Shown here in pieces: positions 35,200-47,451 of a DNA stretch of 62,000 nt. The stretch lies in the NCBI GenBank assembly GCA_013239625.1, contig MU053881.1, positions 5,291,957 to 5,353,956 on the forward strand. The letters run 5' to 3'. Below the pieces are notes generated by a model. That model was not told where the DNA came from, searched no databases, and saw only the letters and a program-made list of their open reading frames with translations. Position 1 is the stretch's first letter. Every line of letters starts with the position of its first letter. The stretch comes from Lama guanicoe (lineage: Eukaryota). The position numbers and the translations under genes are program-made.

Positions 35200-35890
35200 T
35201 TCCCTGAACAAAATTGTTTAGTTTTGCCTGTTTCTGAATGTAAGTGGAATCATACTGAATGAAGCCTTTTGTGTCTTACTGCCTTTGCTCAACATGATGT
35301 TTTTAAGAGCCAGTCAAGCATTGTGGGTAATTATAGCTTGTTCATTTGCATGCAAGAATATACCAGCCATGCTACTCTCCAGGGATATTTGGGTAGTTTC
35401 AGTTTAGGGTGTTAACAAATGATACTGAGGGCCCTTGTGCATCCTTAGAGTCTAATTTTATAGGAATTCAACAAAGCTGCGTCCGTTTTCTCTTGGTCAG
35501 TTCTTACACAGTATTTCTTTTTCCGTATTTTTATTTTCTACCATTCTGTATTCTTACATTTCAGATGTGACACACACGAATAGCGCACAGTTCGATTTTG
35601 TATTTTGCCCTCAGTCTGACATTTGTCTCTGCTGCTTCTCTTGTATTCTTGCTTCTTGATGTATTAACTTCTTTTGGATCATTTTTTCCCTTGACTTTCT
35701 GAAGTATAACTGGTTAGTACCTTTACCTTCCTCGCAAAGAGAAAAGACTTGAGAACACTTTAAAAAGACTTGAGAACACTTTAACTGCATTTATCCCCTC
35801 CTGACCTTTACATCGTAATTTCTGTGCATTTTAATTCTATGTATATTTTTAAGGCTCGGTGGTACATTATTAGTATTTTTTTTTGCAGAA
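35200..35890 (-). mobile_element. Ancient L1 fragments (L1ME-like)
   Basis: ttagttttgcctgtttctgaatgtaagtggaatcatactg...tgctcaacatgatgtttttaaga. Confidence 0.65.
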
Positions 35891-35894
35891 TACT

Positions 35895-36550
35895 TCTTTT
35901 TTTAACATTTTTTATTGATTTATAATCATTTTACAATGTTGTGTCAAATTCCAGTGTTCAGCACAATTTTCAGTCATTCATGGACATATACACACTCATT
36001 GTCACATTTTTTTCTCTCTGATTTATCATAACATTTTGTGTATATTTCCCTGTGCTATACAGTGTAATCTCGTTTATCTATTCTACAATTTTGAAATCCC
36101 AGTCTATCCTTTCCCACCCTCTACCCCCCTGGTAACCACAAGTCTGTGTTCTCTGTCCATGAGTCTTTAGATTCCACATATGAGCGATCTCATATGGTAT
36201 TTTTCTTTCTCTTTCTGGCTTACTTCACTTAGAATGACATTCCCTAGGAGCATCCATGTTGCTGCAAATGGCGTTATATTGTCGGTTTTTATGGCTGAGT
36301 AGTATTCCATTGTATAAATATACCACATCTTCTTTATCCAGTCACCTGTTGATGGACATTTAGGCTGTTTCCATGTTTTGGCTATTGTAAATAGTGCTGC
36401 TATGAACATTGGGGTGCAGGTGTCATCCTGAAGTAGATTTCCTTCTGGATACAAGCCCAGGAGTGGGATTCCTGGGTCATATGGTAAGTCTATTCCTAGT
36501 CTTTTGAGGAATCTCCACACTGTTTTCCATAGTGGCTGCACCAAACTGCA
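35895..36550 (-). mobile_element. Young lineage-specific L1 3' end (ORF2 C-terminus + 3'UTR)
   Basis: ORF 36167-36544 ([15 protein letters not shown]...WKQPKCPSTGDWIKKMWYIYTMEYYSA...EKEKYHMRSLICGI*) is the intact ORF2p end; poly(T) at ~35895. Confidence 0.95.
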
Positions 36551-36639
36551 GCATTGTTTTATTTAAATCTATGTTCATTTACCACTTTCTTTGCTGATCT
36601 TCTTTCATTTTAAAAAAAAATTTTTTCAGTGCTGAGGTT

Positions 36640-39600
36640 ATGTTTTTTTAGACATAGCTTAATTGAGTTGTAATTTACATACCGTATGATTCACCCACTT
36701 AAAATGTATGATTCTGTGGATTTCAGAGGGCAGCCATGACCACAGCCAATTTTAGAATACTTTCATCACCTCGAAAGGAAACCCCGAACACTTTAGCTGG
36801 TACCCTTCTGTTCCCGCATCACCACCCCCTTCTCAAGCCTAAGTAACCACTCACAGACTTTCTATCTCTATAAGTTCCCCTACTCTGGACTGTCATCTTT
36901 ATGGAATTATATAATATGTGGACTTTTTTGACTGACTTCTTTCATTTAGCATATGATTTCAAGGATCATTTATGTTGTAACACACATGAGTATTTCATTC
37001 TTTTGTTTTAGTTAATAAACTTTATTGTTAGAGTAGTTTTAGATTCACAGCAAAACTGAGCAGAAAGTACAGACAATAGCCGTATACATCCTATCTCCCC
37101 ACACACACACTTCTTTTACTATTGACATTCCATGCCGGAGTGGGCACACCTGTCACTACCAGCGAGCCTCCACGGACATGTCATTATCACCCGAAGTCCA
37201 CAGGATACATTAGGGCTCACTCTTGGGGTTGAACTGCCTGTGGGTTTGGACAAATGTATAATGATTTTATATTATCAAACAGAGTAGTTCACTGGCCTTA
37301 AAAAATCCTCTTTGCCCCCACCTGTCCATACTTCTGTCTCCACTAACCCCTGAAAACCACTAATTCTTTTGGGGGGTTATTTATTTATTTGCTTAATGGA
37401 GGCTCAGGGGGTTGAACCCAGGACCTCGTGCATGCTAGGCATGCACTCTACCACTGAGCTCTACCCTCCCCCTCCAACCACTAATCTTTTTATACGTCTT
37501 CATAGTTTTGTCTTTTCCAGAATGTCATAGAGTTGGATCTTACAGTATGCAGAATCAGCTTGCATTCTTTCACTTAGCAATATGCATTTGTGTTTACGCC
37601 ATGTTTTTTCATGGCTTGATAGCTCATTTCTTTTTAGTTCTAAATAATATCCCCATTGTCTGGATGTACCACAGTTTATTTATCCAGTTACCTACTCAAG
37701 GACATCTTGATTGCTTCCCAGTTTGGCAAATTATGAGCACAGCTGCCTCTGTCTGCAGGTTTCTGTGTGAACATAAGTTTTCAGTTCATCTGAGTAAATA
37801 CTAAGGATCATGATTCCTGGATGGAATGGCAAGTGTATGCTTGGTTTTACAAGAAACTCCCAAAGTGTCTTCCAAAGTGGCAGTACCATTTTGCCTTCCC
37901 ACCAGCAAGGAAAGACAGTTCCTGTTGCTCCACATCCTTGGCATTTGGTGTTGGATTCTGGCTATTCTAATAGATGTGTGGTGGTGTCTCATTGTTTTAA
38001 TTTGCAATCCTCTAATGACATATGATGTTGAACATCTTTTCATAAGCTAACTTATCATCTGTTGTGTGTTCTTTGGTGAGGTGTCTGTTGAGGTCTTTGG
38101 CCTGTTTTTTGAAATCAGGTTGTTTGCCTTCTTATTGTTGAGTTTTAAGAGCTCTTTGCATATTTTGGATAATGTCCTTTATCAGATGTGGCTTTTGCAA
38201 ATATTTTCTCCAGGTCTGTGTGTTGTCTCCTCATTCTCTTGACATTGTCTTTCACAGAGCAGAAGTCTGGGTTTTTTAATGAAACCCAGCTTATCAATTA
38301 TTACTTTCATAGATGGTGCCTTTGTATTGTATTTAAAAAATCATCACCATATCCAGGGTCTCCTATGTTATCTTCTAAGAGTTGTGAACGCTTGTTTTCA
38401 CATTTAGGTCTATGATCCATTTTGAGTTAATTTTTATTAAGGGCCTAAGGCATGTGTCTAGATTCATTTTTTTGCATGCGTGTGTCCAGGTGCTCCAGCA
38501 CCATTTGTTGAGAAGACTCTTTGCTCCATTGTTTTTGTCTTTGCTCCTTTGCCAAAGATCAGGTGACTATATTTTGGGGGGTCTATTTCTGGGCTCTCTC
38601 TTCTGTTCCATTGATATAATGTGTCTATTATTTTGCTAACACCACAGTGTCTTGATTCCTGCAGCTTTATAGTAAGTTTTCAGATGAGGTAGTGTCAGTC
38701 CTCCAACTTTGTTCTTCTCCTCCAATATTGAGTCAGCTATTCAGAGTGATGCTCTCACTTTATTCCCTCATCTTTTCTTCAATATTTTTATTCTTTTTGT
38801 CTCTTCTGCTGCATTCTGGACACTTTCTTCTAATCTGTCTTCTAGTTCATGAATTTTCTCTTCAGCTGTATCTAATCTGCTGTTAAACTGACTTTGAGCT
38901 TTTAATTTTCAAATTTTTCAGTTCTCGAATTTTACTTTGTCCTTTTTCAAACGAGCAATGCTGCTTTTCATAGTTTCGTCCCTTTGTGTTTCTTTAAACA
39001 CAGTAAACATTGTTATCTTATAGTCTGCATCTGATCATTTTAATAACGGAAGTTTTGTGTAATTTTCTGTTGTCTGTGGTGTCCGCTGGTTCTCACTCAG
39101 TTTTATCATTTCCTTGAGTCCCTGACTTTTTTCTCACTGTGTGCTGGACATTTTATTTGAAAAATTATTTGTGAGAATAATTTGTCACCTAAGATGATTG
39201 TCTTCTCTGTCCAGAGAGGACTCTTTGTTTGCTTCTGCCAGGAATCTGGGTACTCTACCAGCCTGAAGCCACCTTAATCAAATTCAAGGCTTGAGGTTCC
39301 CTGGATTACCCACAGGACTGGAAAGTCCGTGAGAGAGCTGGCTTACTTATGACTCATCATAACTTTCTGCTTAGCCATTCAGGATTCCAGCTTAAAATGA
39401 GGAGGGAGGAACATGTAAAATTTCCACTTTTGGTAGACTCTGGGACTTAAATTCTGTCCTGAGGCCACCAAAACCACAACTATCTCTTCTGGATTAGTAA
39501 ATGTCCTTAAAGAAAATGTAGCTTTGGGTAATAGGCATACTTCTTCAGGTTCTCATTTTCTAGTCTATTATGGTTGGAAAATTCTTCATTTATTGGTTCT

Positions 39601-39690
39601 TTGGTGCTTTTAAGATGTTTTTATATTCCATACATCTTTTTTCAGTTGTCCTCTGTGGAAGATGTGGTCCTAATTATCTCCCTACAGAGT
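36640..39690 (-). mobile_element. Stack of older L1 pieces (L1MB-like 3' end ~36640-37005; L1MC/MA-like ~37010-38730; older L1M ~38730-39690)
   Basis: agcttaattgagttgtaatttacatac; actttattgttagagtagttttagattcacagcaaaactgagcagaaagtacaga; tttaggtctatgatccattttgagttaattttt. Confidence 0.85.
37365..37475 (-). mobile_element. Camelid tRNA-derived SINE (Vic-1 type) inside an old L1
   Basis: ttgaacccaggacctcgtgcatgctaggcatgcactctaccactgagctctaccctcccc; TSD aaccactaat at 37355-37364 and 37476-37485. Confidence 0.9.
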
Positions 39691-41469
39691 GTCTCATGCA
39701 AGCGTTACGCCAGTTGGATACATAAGACTATTTACATCTTTGTAATAACAGGAATATTTTTACGTTTTTGATGTAGAAGGTGAGACTCAGAGTAGAGAAG
39801 TGACTTGCCCTAGATCACACAGATGATATGGCAGAGCCTGGATTGGACATCAAGAACCTAAAACTTCTTTGTACCACATCTATCACAAAGCAGGTGCCAA
39901 CTACGTCTGTACAACAGGTGCCATGAACTTCTGCACCACTTCTCTGGGTGGGCCAACTGAGATAACAGTTATGAAAGGGTCGTTAGAGTCACCTCCTCAT
40001 TCACTGTATTCATTCCTTTAACATTTAATTAGCACCTACTCTGGGCAGGCCTGTGCTCAGAGCTCTCCCGTCCAAGGGGGAAGAATTGGACAAAGACTGT
40101 ATGATATGGTAGATCAATGCTTGGGAAATGCTGGGAGCAGTGAGGGATGACAATGGTAACAAATAAATAAATTCCCATGTGTTGAGCCGTTCTCATGTGC
40201 CCAGCACTGACTGTTCCGAATAGACACACACACACACATGGGTATCTATATAAACATTCACAGGTTCTCAGGATAAAGACTTAGATATCTTTAGAAGTCA
40301 TTATTCACTGTTTATGTAGATACATATTACATATGATACAACACACCTATGATAATATAACATATTATCACATTAGTTTTATATATGTAACATACAACAT
40401 ATAACACACATATATACATATACATAATTTGATCCTCGAAAGACGTCTAGGGAGATATAGTAAGCTGGCCTCTTCCCAATTGTGAGGACTCGGGCAAGAT
40501 ACATTACATCTTGGTGCAATGACACTAATGCTAGCGCCTACCTCCTGAGTTTATCGATAGGAAGGACTTAATAAAGGATGCTGTTGTACACTAGCCCTGT
40601 CATCAGATGAGGACACTGAGGCTCAGAGGATAGATTCCACGTGTCCACATTCCAAAGATGATGAGCAAACATTCCTGATCTCCCCCTGTGTGCCAGCCTC
40701 CGTGCTAGGGGCTGGGGATGCAGCCGGATACGGGGCAGGCAGCCCCCCTTCCTCAGGCAGCCTGGACAGCCCAGCATCCAACTCAAAAGGCTACAACTTT
40801 ACCGCCAGCATGAGCAGCTCAGCCTGGAGAAGTGGTGGAAGGCAGCCCAAGGAGGGGGCGGGGACCCTCCAGCCAGCTGACAAAGCACAGAGAGGGCTTC
40901 TCCAGACGGAAAAGCCGAGAGGGGAGGGGTTAGGCCAGGGGACAATGTGTGCAGCACATCAAAGCACTGCCCTTTCTCTTTCTTGCCTCATCTGGGGAGG
41001 AACGTGTCCGTCACCTGAGGTTTCCATCCAAGCGCTGAAGTAGCATCCTTGTTACAAGGAAGTAGGTCACATTTCCAGTCCCTGAACAGGAAACTGCTAC
41101 CTCCATTGTGACAGGGTGTGAAAGAGCCACCCCCGCTGCCTCCCTCACGAGCCTCCCCGGGGTCCTGGCTCACCAGGGTCTGCTATTCCCAGAGCAGCTT
41201 TCCTCTTTCTGCCCGATGTGTGAGCCACACAGAGAATTCATTAGCGCTTCAGAGCTGGCCCTAATAGCAGTGGGGATGCTGTGGGCAGAGCCTGTGGCCG
41301 GCATGGGTGCCTCAGTCCACGCTCCGGCACATCTGACTCATAGCAACTGGGAGGTGGATTTTCCCAGAAGAAAGCTCAGGGATGGGTGCGCCTGATATTT
41401 AGAATTTGCTTGAGTGAAGAAAGGGGAGTTTTGTTTTAGCCCTAGGGTGAGTGATTTACAATGACCTTC

Positions 41470-41670
41470 CACTGAGGGCTTCCCATGTCCCAGGCACTGA
41501 GCAAGGCACTTTAGACACAACATGGTTTCTTCTTTTCGCGACAGTCTTGTGAGATGAGCATCAGCATCCCCGTTTAAAGCATGACGCAACTAAGGCTCAG
41601 AGAGGTGAAGTGACTTGCCCAAGGTCACACAGCCAGGAAGCATGAGAGCTGGCTTTTGAACCCAGTCCAT
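41470..41670 (-). mobile_element. MIR (well preserved)
   Basis: aactaaggctcagagaggtgaagtgacttgcccaaggtcacacagccaggaag...tttgaacccag. Confidence 0.9.
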
Positions 41671-42834
41671 CAGCCCCCTCTTCCCCCGTCAAGAGAACCT
41701 GGCTGAGAGTTCCTGTTTTCTGTCACATCTTGTTCCGCTCCTCCACCCAAATGAGGTTTCCCCTCTTTGAAGGGAAGCCATGCAGCTGTTTTTTCCTGAC
41801 AGCTGTGAGGGTGTCTCCACGGGAAGGAGCATTTTGTTGCTGATCCAGCCCCTTCCAGGAAAGAACCCCTGAATTGCAGGATTCCGCCCACCCTCCCTCC
41901 TCTGACATGCACAATTAGACCTGGCCGCACCCAGAGAAAGCCTTTGGCTCCCCGCGTTCTCAATTTCTCCTTCTCTGAAAACAGTTCCCAAGAGGGCAGG
42001 GCTCCACATCCTCCAGCCCTGATCCGTCTCCTGGATGGGTGCCCACTCACACTCCCGCGCTTATCGCTGTGGCTAACAGCAATCATTAGAAATCGCTGTG
42101 AGTCACGAGAGCCTGCTGGGTGCCAGGCTCTCTCTGTACGTCATGGCCAATTTCCCCAGGACCCAGTGAGCTTGGTATTTCCATCCACATTTTCAATATG
42201 GGGAGCCTGAGGCTCAGAGGGGTAAAGGAACTGCCCAAGGTCACGGAGCCAGGCAGCAGCTAAGCCAGGACATCCGAATCAGTGCATTCCAAGCCCTGGG
42301 TACAGGGCTGCCCCTCCAGTGCTTCATAACCACTTTCTGAATGGACTCAAGTCCACGCAAGGGCCTGACCACAAAGCTTCGATCTGTCTCTGTGCTCAGG
42401 GTCATGAACACAGGCCAGGCTGAAAGACACAAAAAGTTTTGCTCCCCTGGCCCCAGCCCCTGCTGCTAAGCTCTGGGTTTCTGACATCTATGCCTTCTGC
42501 CTGCTCTCTGCTCCAACAGAGCCTCACCCGCCACACCCAGCCCAGCCCAAGCCAAGACATGGCCCAGAAAACCTTTTATTCCTGATTCCACCTTGGGTCT
42601 GCTTCTCCTCTGGGCAGCCCAGGGCCTGGGAGGAGGTAGGAGGAGGAGGAACAGGCCAGTAGGGTGGGTGGGTGCGGCTGGGTGCAGCTGGGCCCGAAAA
42701 ACAAAGAGAACTACTTCTCAGAGAGCTAGAAGGCTTGGCATTCTTGCTGCTTTAGGCCCAGACAGATTCCTCTGCTCGGCCTGGAAAAACAGGTCAGTTA
42801 TTTGCAGTTCAACAGCGAGGTACCGGGTATCCAC

Positions 42835-43500
42835 TGCGTCAGTCAGGGCTGGCTAACTGCTGTGACAAATGGCTCCTCGTCTCGATGGCTTAGTATGATA
42901 AAGGGTGTTTAGATTTTTGTTTTGGTTTGGGTTTTTGTCTTGTTCTTTTGCATGATGTCTGGGAATTGCTTTAAAATACACTAGCGAACAATTTGAAAAG
43001 TTGGGCAGAGGTGGTGAATGAAAGAAGACTGGAAAAATGTTAATAATTTTTGAAACTGAGTGATGGATGGCTGAGGTGGGTTATTATACTGCACTCTCTA
43101 CTTCTTTTGTAAATTCAAAACATTTATGTGTATTTATTTCTCACTCATACAAAGTCCGATGTTCACATTCCAGGCCTGTGGCTCTCCTGGGTGGCTCCCC
43201 TCCAATGGATGCTCCAGGACCCTTTCATCTTGTGTCTCCTCTGCCATCTTTTGGCTTCAAGGTCATCCTGGAGTCATCCAAACAGGAGACTGGCAGAAGA
43301 AAGAAAAGACGTTATACCCACTCCTTGGCACCTCATCCTGAAAGTGCGGTGCAGCCTGCATTGGTGAGAACTGATCGCATGACCAGCAAGGAGTCCCGGG
43401 AATTGCGGCTCCTGGCTAGGCAGGTCCGTCCCAGCAGCACTACGGTATAATACAAGGGGAACCTGAACCTTGATTGGACAGCTGATCATCTCGGCTATAC
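42835..43500 (-). mobile_element. MaLR LTR (MLT1J-like) interrupted by an L1M 3' fragment (+, ~42950-43125)
   Basis: tgcgtcagtcagggctggctaactgctgtgacaaat...tttatttctcactcat...gattggacagctgatcatctcggctatac; internal tgatgtctgggaattgctttaaaatac. Confidence 0.75.
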
Positions 43501-43769
43501 CTACTCTGTGTTGGGTGTGAGCATGTTAAAGGTGATGCCCAAGGTGGTGGCCTGCTGTCCTGGAAGGGAACAGAAACGGGATCTGTAAGGGGTTTGTAAG
43601 GATGAACTTGGAAGCTGCTAATACAAGGCTTCCCAGACTTGCCCCCTGACATACCTATGAGGTGGTCTTGGCTCACAGAAGGGGAGGTGATGGGAAAGGA
43701 GGCACCCAGTCATCAGAGTCATCAGAGCTCCCTGGGCATCTGTCCTTCCACACATTGATGCCACCATCA

Positions 43770-43925
43770 CAATGTCCACCCTCCATATTAAAAGTGGCAA
43801 AGGAATCACTTTGCAGAATGTTACGATTGAGGGGAAGTGGACACAATGTACAAGGATCTCTCAAATTATTTCTTATAACTGCATGTGAATGTATAATTAT
43901 CTTCATAAGAATTTCAATAAGAAAG
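43770..43925 (+). mobile_element. Old L1 (L1MC/MD-like) extreme 3' end
   Basis: ggatctctcaaattatttcttataactgcatgtgaatgtataattatct. Confidence 0.7.
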
Positions 43926-43999
43926 GGGGAGTGGCAAAGGAGAGACCCTAGGATACCTCCAGGGCACTGGAAGATACCCCAGGTCAGACCCAGGGCCTT

Positions 44000-44550
44000 T
44001 GCATTGTTTTTCCAAATTCCAGATCTGCCTGGCTACTCCACTTAACTCCCTGTGGCCTATAGGATGGTGTCCAGTCTCTGTCCTATACATCACAATCTGG
44101 CCTTTTCACAGTTTCTTTTCCTTTCCCAAACCATGTCTCCATCCTTGTCCTCTTCCCCTCCCCCACCACCCCCACATTCACACACACCTCAGTCACTCTG
44201 AGCCTCTAGCTGTTCTCCAGACTCCTCGTGCTTTATTCCACCTTGGTCCTGACCACATGCTGTCCTTGGAGCCCCGCCTCCCATGGCAAACCCCTACAGA
44301 AGGTCCAAGACCTCTGTCCCCGCAATGTCACCTTCACTGGGCTCTTACTAATTTCTGTTCATCCTCAAACTCACCATTCGATTGCCTACTTTTGTCTGTG
44401 CATCTTTCTCTTGCTGGACTGTGAGCTCCTTGAGTACAGACTCCATGACTCATTCATTTTGATGTCCCTAGTTCCCAACAGAAGGCCTAGCAAGAACTAG
44501 TTTTTACTAAAGTGTTAATGATTGGCTAAATGGATAAATGAATAAGTAAG
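44000..44550 (+). mobile_element. L2 3' fragment
   Basis: ggactgtgagctccttgagtacagac...tccctagttcccaacagaaggcctagca...taaatggataaatgaat. Confidence 0.75.
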
Positions 44551-44739
44551 GGGATGAGGGTAGATAACACTATGTCCTCTGCCTGTCTATTAGCATTATG
44601 GTCAAGTTTAAAGAGCCTTTGAAAAGGGTCACTTTCATGCTGCTACCACCACTCTCCCTGACCCACGACCATCCCACCACCTACCCCCAACATCACTTCA
44701 TCAACCCAAAGGACATAAAGGCCATGCATGGCCAGGCAT

Positions 44740-44970
44740 CATAGTGCAGAAGGCAGGAGACTTTGCAATTAAAAAGATGTAGGGTGAGAGCCTGACTCTG
44801 CCAATTTCTAGCTGTGTGTTCTTGGCCAGATTAGTTCAACTCTCTGAGCCTCAGTTTCCTCTTCTGTAGAATGGGAACAATCACCATTCCTCCCAGGGTT
44901 GATATCAGGGTTCCGGGGGGAGTGTGTGTAAGAACGTCCAGTACAGCTCAATGAGTGTTTGTCCCCATCC
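44740..44970 (+). mobile_element. MIR
   Basis: ctagctgtgtgttcttggccagattagttcaactctctgagcctcagtttcctcttctgtagaatggg. Confidence 0.85.
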
Positions 44971-44999
44971 CATTAGGCCCTCCCCTTACCCACCTTTCT

Positions 45000-45800
45000 T
45001 TTCAAAGACTTACTTTTTTACAGCAGTTTTAGGTTTACAACAGAATTGAGAGGGACGTTCAGAGAGTTCCCATATACCCCTGCCTCCACCCATGCACAGC
45101 CTCCCCGCCAACAGCGCCCCCCCCCCAGAGTGGGACGTTAATGACAGCCAATGAAGCTGCCCTGACACGTCATTCTCACTCAGCCTCTATCGTTCCCATT
45201 GCTACTCAGTCTTGGTAGCGGATGCTCTGTGGGTTTGGACAAATGTAGAAGGACATGTATCTGTCCTTAAATTATCCTACACGGTATGTTCACTGCCCTG
45301 AAATATGCTCTTTGCTCTGCCTATTCATCCTCCCACCCATCCACCCTGGCAACCACTGATCTTTCATTGTCTCCATAGTTTTGCCTTTTTCAGACGTCAT
45401 ATAGTTGGAATCTGGCAGTATGCAGACTTCTCAGATTGGCTTCCTTCACTTAGCAATGTGCACTTAAGGTGCCTCTGTGTCTTTTCGTGGCTTGATAGAT
45501 TGTTTCTTCTTAGTGCTGACTGATAGGCCACTGTCTGGACATAGCACAGTTTCTTTACCCAATTACCTCCTGACAAAGGGCATCACCTTGGTCGCTTCCA
45601 AGTTCAGCAACTGTGAATAAAGCTGCTATAAACATCCACATTCAGATTTTTGTGTGGACGTAAGCTTTTCATTCACCTGGGTCAATACCAAGGGTCACAA
45701 TTGCTGGCTCGTATAGTAAGAGTACATTTAGTTTTGCAAGAAACTGCCCGCTGTCTTCCAAAGTGGCTGCGCCCTTTTGCCTCCCCACCAGCAATAAGTG
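45000..45800 (-). mobile_element. Old L1 3'UTR (L1MC1-like)
   Basis: agactttacttttttacagcagttttaggtttacaacagaattgag...ttcagattggcttccttcacttagcaatgtgc. Confidence 0.85.
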
Positions 45801-46892
45801 CGTTTCCTTTTGACACTTTAGCGGAGGAATGGTGGGCACTCCATTGCCCACGGATGGTAGCCCAGGTTCCTCGAGTGGTTTGTTACATCCTGGAGAGCAA
45901 GGGCCTGTGGGTAGTGTTTCGTCTGTAGCCCAAAGGGCCCCCGTTCAGCAGGAAGCACCCGGTGGGTGCCCCAGTGGGAAGGCGAGCTGTTATGATGACC
46001 ATCCCACTTTCCTGGGGAAAGCCCAGAAGGTTCACAGCGAAAAGACAATCAGCTGTCACTTTTGAGACCTACTATGTGCTTTGTGTTTTACATATATTTT
46101 CTAATTTAATCCTAACTACAACTTTTTAAAGGAAATACTCTCCCATTTCCATTTAAAAATCATTATTATTTATTTTCAAATAAAAGAGAAGTCTTATTCC
46201 CTCCCTGGTCTTGTCTACTCCCTCCCTTCAGGAATCATTTTTAATAGTAGCTGGTGTATGTCTCCAGTTTATGTAAATACAAGAACATATTCTTAAACTC
46301 CTATTTTCTTATACAAAATGGGACACATATGTCATGCTATCCAACACTTTGTTCTTTTCAACCAATGATTCCTCTTGAAGATTTTTCTGTATCAACAGAG
46401 GGTCTCCTCACTGTCTGAAAATATCATAACCTATCTAACCAGTCCCTAGGAAGGAAATTTTAGGTTATGGAAACCAAAGCCCAGAGAGGGGAAGGTACTT
46501 GCCCAAGGTCACACAGCCAGGAAGTGGAAGGAGGGACTTGTTCCTAGGTCCTCCCCTTCTCTTCCCATACCTAGAGAACCTTTACTACATCTCTCTGGAA
46601 AACACAGTGTAGAGAAGAGTTGTAAAGTGTCCTGGCTCTACAGGAAGGGGTTTGTTCACTGATCAATTCCCCAGCTCAGGAAGCTGGCTCCGGGCACCCG
46701 TAAATGTCTGAAGGAGGACAAGACCCTGGATCTCAGCATCAGCTGGGTGAGCAGGAATATTGGTCCTGGAGAGGCTGCCTGGGTCCCAGCTCTAGCCTTG
46801 CCACTGAGCTGGTATATGACCTTAATCATAAGACTTAACCTCTCCAAGCCTCAGCTTCCTCATCTGTAAAATAAGGATTATATTAGTAGTTA

Positions 46893-46936
46893 GTATTAGT
46901 TAGGGTTCTCCAGAAAAACAGAACCAATATGATATA

Positions 46937-46968
<32 letters not shown>

Positions 46969-47451
46969 TACACACAATACACATATATACAACAGGAATT
47001 TATTTTATGAAATTGTCTCATGTGATTGTGGGGCTGATAAGACCAAAATCCATAAGGAAGGCTAGCAGACCGGAAACTCAGGCAGGATTTCTATACTATA
47101 GTCTTGAGGCAGAATTCCTACCTCGAGAAACCTCAGCGTTTTCTCTTAAGGCCTTCAACTGATTGGATGAGGCCCACCCTTGTTAGGGAGGGTAATCTTT
47201 TCTTTTCTTTTTTTATTGAAGTATAGTCAATTATAATGTGTCAATTTTTGGTGTACAGCACAATGTCCCAGTCATGCATATACATACATATACTCGTTTT
47301 CATATTTTTTTAGGAAGGGTAATCTTTTCTTAAAGTCGACTGACTGTAGGTATTAACCTCATCAATGCCTGCACAGCAACATCTAGTTTGTGTTTTCCCA
47401 ACAACTGGGTACTGCAGCCTGGCCAAGGGGACACAGAAAAGTAACCATACT
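46893..47451 (-). mobile_element. ERVL solo LTR (MLT2, D-like) inserted in a MIR, with internal (CA)n
   Basis: gtattagttagggttctccagaaaaacagaaccaata...aaggccttcaactgattggatgaggcccacc...gcctggccaaggggacacagaaaagtaaccat. Confidence 0.9.
47205..47309 (-). mobile_element. Short young L1 3' fragment with 22-bp TSD inside MLT2
   Basis: tttttattgaagtatagtcaattataatgtgtcaattt; TSD ttagg(g/a)agggtaatcttttctt at 47183-47204 and 47310-47331. Confidence 0.9.
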
